Positions 57,833-64,000 of a stretch of DNA of 64,000 nt are shown piece by piece; position 1 is the stretch's first letter; each line of letters begins with the position of its first letter. Position numbers and translations under genes: made by a program. A model generated the notes under the pieces. That model did no database searches. It saw only the letters and a program-made list of their open reading frames with translations, and was not told where the DNA came from. The DNA is from a virus (taxonomy: Duplodnaviria; Caudoviricetes), in IMG/VR virus record IMGVR_UViG_3300031555_003442, positions 64,001 to 128,000 of that record; one strand, given 5' to 3'.

Positions 57833-59593
57833 TTAGAATTCTAATTCTTCGTCTGGGTCCAGTTCATTCACTCGCCCGTTCCCGTCGTAGAACATGTCAT
57901 CGTCCGTGTCGTTTGGATTGTCTGAGTCATATTCTTCTTCGGATGTGCGTACACGTCCTCCGTAGGTCGGTGCTTCGTCTGGATACAATTCTGAGGCTAT
58001 ATCGTAATCGGAGGGGGTTTCATCTGCGGGTTCGTCTGTATTTGCGGGCAGCCATAGTATCTTGGTTACAACCTGGAATGGATGTCCTGGCTTATGATAT
58101 TCTTCATAACCCAATACATTACCGTTTTCATCTGGCTGGATGCTATCGAAACTCATGTGATTGACTTTTACGCTCAACGGATTGAACTCTGGAGTAGAAT
58201 ATCGTTGAAGCTTCGACACCTTGAACTCATCAGGCTCTCTGGTGGCAAGGTCACGGGCTTTCTTGTACCCGTTCAGGAAATCATCGTAAGTTTTGTCACG
58301 TCGTATACCCAATATGTTTTCACGGGAATTAGAGCTCATCTCGCCAATACATCCGACATCGGGCCCTTCTTTTTCGAGGGGGACCGAATTATCAAAGGCA
58401 TCGCTCGGTAACCAGATGTACTTTTCACTGATGTATTCAAATCCAGATTTCCTACCATATTCGAATCCCCAGGCGTTTCCATTTGTATCTTCAGGAATAC
58501 TATCGTAATTTACGTATTGTGCCTGGTTTTCCTCAGTATCAATGAGTGGCATACGATACTTTTTAATCGGTCCGACATCGCCATACGATGCAAATTTATC
58601 ACGCTGTTTCAGAAAATCAGCGTAACGCATCTTTGATAAGCTGCTTAAAGCTGAATGTCCATGCCGTGATACATAAACGAAGCCAATATCATCGTCGTCG
58701 GGTTCTTGTGTTTGTCCAAAAGAACCTTCGAGGCAAACCTTTGTTATCTTGCCGACCGCTTCCATCTGATTCTTGCTAAGGCCGAGCTGGCTTACGCCTT
58801 CCATGAAAATCTTGATTCTTTTATCCATATCGTTACCATTGGTGGATTCACCCAATAGTTTATCACTTTTCTTTTCCATGAAGTTTGTAATCGTCAGGCG
58901 GTCACCCATGATTTCCTTCAATCGGTTCAAATCTGGGTTGAACCCCTGTCTGGCAATATCGTCCCTGGCCCACAGGTTGAACAGGTCTTCATAAATGATA
59001 GCCTGCAAGTCCGTGTCGAATCGCTGCCATTTTTCGAAATCTCCATAGTATTTGGTGAATGTTAATGGATATACACGGGTTCCCTCACCCTTGTGTATGC
59101 GTCCCCACATGAGCTGTTCGATGTTCAGGTCTTCCATAGGAACGTTTTCACGAACGTTGATTGCACATGCTTGATTTCGTACACCAAATTCGTCTATTCG
59201 GTATTTTTTGATGTTTTCTGGGGTGCATTCAAGCGATACAATCAATGCTGCTTGACCTATATCTTCAATGAATGGCTTTCCCGTTGAAAACCATATACAA
59301 TTAGCTTCCCCGTTATCGTGGATGCGAAGGCCAGTAGTCAGAATGCTCCTAAGGTCATCATCGGTAAGCCCAGTCATGTAGCCGCAAATGTGGTACAGTT
59401 TAGGGTAGCTTGCTCCGTCTACCGCCTCTTGGAAGATGTGCATTTGTTGCAGATGTTCTTTCGCCTTTTTCTCGGATTTGTGCGAAGACAGGATTTCACC
59501 TGTTTCGTGGCTCTTGATTACCCACTCGGCCAGTTCGCCCTTTGAGTTGCGATGGCCTTTCATGTGGCAGACATATTCGTATAGAGGTTGCAT
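57833..59593 (-). CDS. multi-domain late protein (possible internal head protein; ART-like segment; internal duplication)
   Basis: late motif upstream; LYH..SILTTGL..IWFS; two copies of a DSI..D.NGN..G.E...WLP domain. Confidence 0.7.
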   Translation of the reverse strand: MQPLYEYVCHMKGHRNSKGELAEWVIKSHETGEILSSHKSEKKAKEHLQQMHIFQEAVDGASYPKLYHICGYMTGLTDDDLRSILTTGLRIHDNGEANCIWFSTGKPFIEDIGQAALIVSLECTPENIKKYRIDEFGVRNQACAINVRENVPMEDLNIEQLMWGRIHKGEGTRVYPLTFTKYYGDFEKWQRFDTDLQAIIYEDLFNLWARDDIARQGFNPDLNRLKEIMGDRLTITNFMEKKSDKLLGESTNGNDMDKRIKIFMEGVSQLGLSKNQMEAVGKITKVCLEGSFGQTQEPDDDDIGFVYVSRHGHSALSSLSKMRYADFLKQRDKFASYGDVGPIKKYRMPLIDTEENQAQYVNYDSIPEDTNGNAWGFEYGRKSGFEYISEKYIWLPSDAFDNSVPLEKEGPDVGCIGEMSSNSRENILGIRRDKTYDDFLNGYKKARDLATREPDEFKVSKLQRYSTPEFNPLSVKVNHMSFDSIQPDENGNVLGYEEYHKPGHPFQVVTKILWLPANTDEPADETPSDYDIASELYPDEAPTYGGRVRTSEEEYDSDNPNDTDDDMFYDGNGRVNELDPDEELEF

Positions 59594-59628
59594 AGGGGAA
59601 ACCAGATAGTTTTCCCCTACAGTTTATA
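59593..59628 (-). promoter_or_regulatory. TATAAACT promoter plus a hairpin occluding the start codon
   Basis: TAGGGGAAA-9nt-TTTCCCCTA stem includes the A of ATG. Confidence 0.65.
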
Positions 59629-59630
59629 CC

Positions 59631-59810
59631 TCATGATAACGCATTACTGATGATATCCCGTGCGACTTCAATGCATGCATCACCAAATCGCCATCCGTTG
59701 TTGATGCGGTCATCGAACCTGTCGGCAATGTCCAATGCGTTGTTGCAGTTAGACAGTTGCTTAATATGGTACGAGACCACTTCCTTGTACTCTTGATAAT
59801 CTAACGCCAT
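59631..59810 (-). CDS. hypothetical protein
   Basis: ORF in - run. Confidence 0.55.
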   Translation of the reverse strand: MALDYQEYKEVVSYHIKQLSNCNNALDIADRFDDRINNGWRFGDACIEVARDIISNALS

Positions 59811-59821
59811 TTTAATACCTA

Positions 59822-60121
59822 CTAAAACTGGCATGCCTTGCGTTCGACACGGTAATGGCCGTCGTTCGCATACTGGTATTTCTCCCTCGTAAGTCGGTCT
59901 CCGTAATTAAGGGTGATGCTTTCGACAATGACATTTTCCGTGTTCATTTCGAATTTAAGGTCGAAATCGCAGTTGGTCTTGGCGATGAGGATACCCTCGT
60001 GGTAGATTAACCCCTGGAAACCGTCGGCCTTGCATTCGCATCCGCCGAACACGCCGAAGATGCTCACTAGCAGGCAGAGTGCCCCCAGGAAATACATTAC
60101 TCGTTTTGCTTCCTTGCTCAT
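59822..60121 (-). CDS. membrane/secreted hypothetical protein (possible lipoprotein)
   Basis: signal-like helix ending FGGC. Confidence 0.6.
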   Translation of the reverse strand: MSKEAKRVMYFLGALCLLVSIFGVFGGCECKADGFQGLIYHEGILIAKTNCDFDLKFEMNTENVIVESITLNYGDRLTREKYQYANDGHYRVERKACQF

Positions 60122-60137
60122 ACTTTATCTCCTTTAT

Positions 60138-60479
60138 TTAAAACGGTAGTTCCTCATCCACAGAAGGGCTAGCCTCCTTGGGAGGGTTGAATGGTGGGTA
60201 ATACTTTCCCTTCACGTATTGCCTCGGGCGGTTCCATTTCTCGTACAGGAGGAAGGGGAGAAGGACCCTGCTTACGAATCGGTACGCCAGAATAATCTTG
60301 GTAGCGAACCTTCCGTGGAAGTCTTCTGGGTACATCTCGTTGAGCTCTCGGTACGCTTCATCGTCGGAAACCTGTTCGCCATAGTAATCCCCAGTGATGC
60401 TTACATAGATTTCGCTGAAATAAACGCAGTTGCGGCAACAAGATGTTGCGTAGCGACGGCAACGGTCACATACAATCAT
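60138..60479 (-). CDS. Cys-rich hypothetical protein
   Basis: ORF in - run. Confidence 0.6.
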   Translation of the reverse strand: MIVCDRCRRYATSCCRNCVYFSEIYVSITGDYYGEQVSDDEAYRELNEMYPEDFHGRFATKIILAYRFVSRVLLPFLLYEKWNRPRQYVKGKYYPPFNPPKEASPSVDEELPF

Positions 60480-60784
60480 TTTGTTTCCTTGTTGAAAGCG
60501 ATGTTTTCTACCTGTTCGGCACCGAATTCTACGATGGTCGGGATGTAGTCGTCCTCGTCCTCATCGTTGAGGTCACGGCAAGCACGTTCGGCCTGCCCCA
60601 GGGATGAGTAGTGAAGGCCAGTCGCAGGGTTGTCACTACACTCACAGAATCGAACCTTCTGCAACCAACCTCGGTTTAGAATCTTGCCTTTTATCTTCCA
60701 CTGTACGAATACCATCCAGAAATGGAATGAGACATCCTTCGTAGGGAAATTGCGTTCTTCATATGGAAGTGCTGTTCTACCCAT
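60476..60784 (-). CDS. hypothetical protein
   Basis: ATGA-coupled. Confidence 0.6.
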   Translation of the reverse strand: MGRTALPYEERNFPTKDVSFHFWMVFVQWKIKGKILNRGWLQKVRFCECSDNPATGLHYSSLGQAERACRDLNDEDEDDYIPTIVEFGAEQVENIAFNKETK

Positions 60785-60786
60785 TG

Positions 60787-61170
60787 TTATACCCCCATGT
60801 CTGGTGTACGGCAGCCGAGATTGTTTGACTTCGGCTTTGCCTTGCCGTCATTCCAGCACTTGAACTGACATTCTGGGCAGGACGTGTAGTAGTCCACAAT
60901 CACCTCGGGTATCCATGTGTCGGTGCCGCTGATGTTGCGTTCGCTCTGGAGTTCCCGTGTCTTGCATTCAGTGATTTTCGTCTTGAACTCGCATCCGCAT
61001 CTCGGGCACTTAAAGTCGAAGTACGGATTGCCGTGCTTGGTAATCTCGGTCGAGTCTGCCACAGGCTTGTTGGCTTGCTTGTCGATAGATTGCGGGTCGA
61101 TATCGTCGACCGCTTCAAACCAGCCCCAGAATGTTTTCCACGATTTTTTAATCAGTTGTTTGATATCCAT
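60787..61170 (-). CDS. zinc-ribbon hypothetical protein
   Basis: CPRCGC and CPEC. Confidence 0.65.
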   Translation of the reverse strand: MDIKQLIKKSWKTFWGWFEAVDDIDPQSIDKQANKPVADSTEITKHGNPYFDFKCPRCGCEFKTKITECKTRELQSERNISGTDTWIPEVIVDYYTSCPECQFKCWNDGKAKPKSNNLGCRTPDMGV

Positions 61171-61171
61171 G

Positions 61172-61411
61172 TTATCCCTTCTTTTCTTCACGGTCATCGA
61201 CAGTCAATGACAAGATAATCTTTTTGCCAGTAGGGAGTTTCCATGTGATTTCATAGGTATCGCTCCCCTTTTCAATCTTTCCCTTCATGTACTCGGCGAC
61301 GGCACAGAGCGCCTCGTCGGTTACATCGTTCTTCTTCTTCCAGACGCCAGGTTTTGTTATTGTTCCTGCATAGATTGCTGCCATACCGCAGCCGACGTGG
61401 TATTCCGCCAT
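61172..61411 (-). CDS. hypothetical protein
   Basis: AGGAG RBS; IYAG...DVT motif. Confidence 0.65.
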   Translation of the reverse strand: MAEYHVGCGMAAIYAGTITKPGVWKKKNDVTDEALCAVAEYMKGKIEKGSDTYEITWKLPTGKKIILSLTVDDREEKKG

Positions 61412-61475
61412 GTTTACTCCTTGTTTAAAATTTTAGAAACCAGCTCAGGTGGGTTCGACTCCCAAGGGCGTGCAT

Positions 61476-61739
61476 TCACGTCGACTTTTCTGGATGAAGC
61501 ATGACGTGGAGCGGTATGCCGTACTGAATCGGGGTTTCCTTCTGCTCTTCACGGGCCGCTTTCAGCAAGGTGATGATTTCACCCTCGGTGGCACATCCGC
61601 AGTCCTGCTCGTCGATGAGCAGCGTAGTTTCTTCTTCCGAATGGTGCTTGCGGTATTCTGCCAACAGTATGTCAAATACTTCTGTGGAAACAAGGACGCA
61701 CTTGTCCAGAGTCTCGATGGCGTTTTCGATTGAACACAT
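61476..61739 (-). CDS. hypothetical protein
   Basis: first gene after the - promoter. Confidence 0.6.
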   Translation of the reverse strand: MCSIENAIETLDKCVLVSTEVFDILLAEYRKHHSEEETTLLIDEQDCGCATEGEIITLLKAAREEQKETPIQYGIPLHVMLHPEKST

Positions 61740-61803
61740 GTATTTTACCCGATTGGTTTAATTTCAGTTTTTCGCAATGTTTAATTGGTTTCCTCGCCGT
61801 ATA

Positions 61804-61832
61804 AATATATTTTAAATATGTAAATTTGTCAA
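61804..61832 (-). promoter_or_regulatory. promoter TTGACA-N17-TATATT
   Basis: exact consensus on the - strand. Confidence 0.8.
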
Positions 61833-61842
61833 GAGGAAACCA

Positions 61843-62040
61843 ATGCTTCCATACGAAAATAATGAACCTGGATTGGTTCACCAGTATCAAGCGGAGTGTC
61901 ACGACCCCGCCATCGGGGCCGAATGCCACAATCCAGCCATCCAGGCAGAGGCGTCCGACCTCGTGCGTAAGAACTGTGCTGGATTTCGTCGCATAAATTA
62001 CGATGCAAACGGATTTCCCGTCCCTAATGAAACTTGGTAA
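61843..62040 (+). CDS. small protein with AECH(D/N)PAI repeat
   Basis: GAGGA RBS; 27-nt duplication. Confidence 0.5.
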   Translation: MLPYENNEPGLVHQYQAECHDPAIGAECHNPAIQAEASDLVRKNCAGFRRINYDANGFPVPNETW

Positions 62041-62050
62041 CGGGGATGTC

Positions 62051-62079
62051 TTGCCAAAATATGGAACATTGTCTATATT
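62051..62079 (+). promoter_or_regulatory. promoter TTGCCA-N17-TATATT
   Basis: consensus match. Confidence 0.7.
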
Positions 62080-62116
62080 TTGACTGATTGCGTACTTTTC
62101 AAAATGGATTTAATTT

Positions 62117-62890
62117 ATGATTATTATTGACCCTCACCCGTTCGTATTCAAGCAGGTCAAGACCATGCTTGGAGAATTGTGCAACAAGCCCAAGTATGAA
62201 AAGACCATGGTCGTGCTCGGGTACAACGTGATGGCGTGTTCCGAAGCAAGACGCCTTAAAGCGAAGCATCCCGACCACAAGCTCGTTATTTACAACATGG
62301 AGCAACTCTACCGTGGGAGCCCATGGATTAACTCGAATACGAGAGCATGGTTCGAACAGGCTGATGAAATTTGGGATTACAACCTTGAAAACATCAAGTT
62401 CTTCGCCGAAGTTCTCGGCTACAAGGCCTCCTACCATCCAGTAAAGTGGGTCGAGTCCCTTAAAACCCTGGAACAGGTGAAGCCAGAGGACATGCTTTAC
62501 GACGTGCTGTTCTATGGCGAGGAGACTCCGAGAAGAACCAAGCTTATAGGGGCGATGCGTGCGGCACACCGTGATTGGGCGATAATTACGGCAACTGGCG
62601 TAACTGGAAAGGCTCTCGACTACCTCATAGCCCACTCAAAGATTATCCTGAACGTGCATGCTTTCCCACAGTACCAGTGCCAGGAAATCGTTCGCATGTT
62701 CTACCCGCTAATCAACGGGAAGTGCATAGTCAGCGAACCGTCCAAGAACGACGGCTATGCGGGCGATGCAATCGTCTATTCATCCTACGACAACATGATT
62801 GAAACAGTTAAGGGTCTTCTTACCGATGGCAAATGGATTAACGTCGCTTCTGAGGCGTCTGATAGGTTCCGCAGACACACCACCAAGTAG
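62117..62890 (+). CDS. putative glycosyltransferase (GT-B/CgeB-like C-terminal domain)
   Basis: YDVLFYG...RR, SKIILNVH, E.VR, CIVSE. Confidence 0.65.
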   Translation: MIIIDPHPFVFKQVKTMLGELCNKPKYEKTMVVLGYNVMACSEARRLKAKHPDHKLVIYNMEQLYRGSPWINSNTRAWFEQADEIWDYNLENIKFFAEVLGYKASYHPVKWVESLKTLEQVKPEDMLYDVLFYGEETPRRTKLIGAMRAAHRDWAIITATGVTGKALDYLIAHSKIILNVHAFPQYQCQEIVRMFYPLINGKCIVSEPSKNDGYAGDAIVYSSYDNMIETVKGLLTDGKWINVASEASDRFRRHTTK

Positions 62891-63722
62891 TGAGCCTGTA
62901 AAGGAAACCAAGCCTCCTAGCAAAGTGTACAAGTACACTGTCATCGAGTGTATCCTCGAAGGCTATGAGCCATTGCGGGAAGTCAAGCACGCCAAGTCCG
63001 ATGTCCATTACCTGCTGATAACCGACAACAAGAGACTGAAGAGCAAGACCTGGGATGTACACCACATTTCCGAATACCCGTGCCTGTCTGGAATCAACGA
63101 CGTTATAGGGATACTGAACTATGTCCGCTACCACACGTTCGAGTTTGCGGACACCGCAGTGTCCATATACATCGACGCCAGCATGATGATAAACAAGCCG
63201 CTGGACAAGCTCTACGAGGACTTTGTCAACTCCAATTCGGATATCGGGCTCGCCATACATCCGTACAGGACGAACGTGTACGAGGAACTAAATGCGTGGC
63301 ATACGGCCCGTGGTCTTTCCGCAGAGGAAGTGACCGCCCAGAGGAAGCTGTTCGCAAAGACCTCGTTCAACAAGGCAGTCCTGTTCCAGTCTGGTATCAT
63401 CATCCGAAGGAACGTGAAGATTGTCCAGATAATCGACGACATAACATGGTCCTTCCTGAAACTGACTGGGGTGAACTGTTCTTCTGCGAGGGTTGACCAG
63501 ACCGTCCTTACCTATGTACTCGCCACTTATTTCAGCGGGGTGAAGTTCCTCCTGTTCACGCAGCACCTGATTCAATCCAGTTACATCACATGGTGCAAGC
63601 ACGGTTCTGACCAGCCAATCCTCATAGACAAGAGGTACTATGTCAGGCCGTCCGTGTTCGGTGTACTCGTGAACCCTTATATGATTGAACCGACAGAATC
63701 GCCTGGAAATAAGATAATTTAA
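62826..63722 (+). CDS. DUF616 (TOD1/MUCI70-like) glycosyltransferase
   Basis: GYEPL, ITDN, SIYIDAS, HPYRTNVYEE, RVDQ. Confidence 0.72.
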   Translation: MANGLTSLLRRLIGSADTPPSSEPVKETKPPSKVYKYTVIECILEGYEPLREVKHAKSDVHYLLITDNKRLKSKTWDVHHISEYPCLSGINDVIGILNYVRYHTFEFADTAVSIYIDASMMINKPLDKLYEDFVNSNSDIGLAIHPYRTNVYEELNAWHTARGLSAEEVTAQRKLFAKTSFNKAVLFQSGIIIRRNVKIVQIIDDITWSFLKLTGVNCSSARVDQTVLTYVLATYFSGVKFLLFTQHLIQSSYITWCKHGSDQPILIDKRYYVRPSVFGVLVNPYMIEPTESPGNKII

Positions 63723-63758
63723 CTACGACGGCTTACGATGGCCGCCAAGGATACTTGA

Positions 63759-64000
63759 ATGCAGTTTGGTGTTATCGAGAAGAGAATTACACGTTTATGG
63801 AACAAGACCCCAGCATTGCTCATCGGACCTCCTGGAATAGGAAAGACGCAGTTCTGCCGTGGCCTTGCAGCAAAGCTTGGATTGAACCTTGTCTGCCTCG
63901 ACTGTTCGCAGTCGGGGGACTCTGGCGACCTTATAGGATTGCTTGAAATTGAGAACCATGTACACCACCATACGAAACCCGCCTGGATGGACACGACGGA
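63759..64000 (+). CDS. MoxR-like AAA ATPase, 5' part (runs off the window; missed by the ORF track)
   Basis: MQFGVIEKRITRLWNKTPALLIGPPGIGKTQ...GDLIGL...KPAW. Confidence 0.8.
   Translation, partial: MQFGVIEKRITRLWNKTPALLIGPPGIGKTQFCRGLAAKLGLNLVCLDCSQSGDSGDLIGLLEIENHVHHHTKPAWMDTT

Noticed and set aside
63719-63994. - strand 91-aa ORF in the track
   Set aside because: Shadow of the + strand AAA ATPase (GPPGIGKT) starting at 63759
1-64000. Alternative genetic code (stop-codon recoding), seen in some gut jumbo phages
   Set aside because: Conserved genes are full length in the standard code, and TAA, TAG and TGA all end genes at expected positions

Overview
A 64-kb segment of a large (jumbo-type) myovirus genome, with densely packed genes and no rRNA or CRISPR array. 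It has a T4-like tail tube and an unusually long 1354-aa tail sheath, a RuvC-like resolvase, and nucleotide-supply genes (class III nrdD/nrdG, thyA, folA). The class III RNR and TTGACA/TATATT-type promoters point to an anaerobic, non-Bacteroidetes host; ThyA recalls Fibrobacter from memory (unverified). The most notable content is: (1) a complete four-enzyme deamidating NAD+ salvage route (PncA, PncB, NadM-NUDIX, NadE) within about 9 kb that also carries macro, SLOG and NADAR proteins; it differs from the characterised phage NARP1/NARP2 pathways and may counter NAD-depleting or ADP-ribosylating defences. (2) A glycosylation toolkit: an AT-rich ulosonic/sialic-acid-type island (NeuB-like, NeuA-KdsC fusion, DHHW-like), four DUF4422 domains, DUF616 and GT-B-like glycosyltransferases, and a PQ-loop transporter. 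(3) A stand-alone terminase ATPase homologue with degenerate Walker motifs. (4) Two promoter classes (TTG[A/C]C[A/C]-N17-TATATT and a phage-specific YATAAACT), several overlapping hairpins that would gate read-through versus own-promoter transcripts. (5) A shared N-terminal motif in probable internal head proteins, including a gene missed by the ORF track. All functional calls come from motif recognition by eye; no database searches were run.
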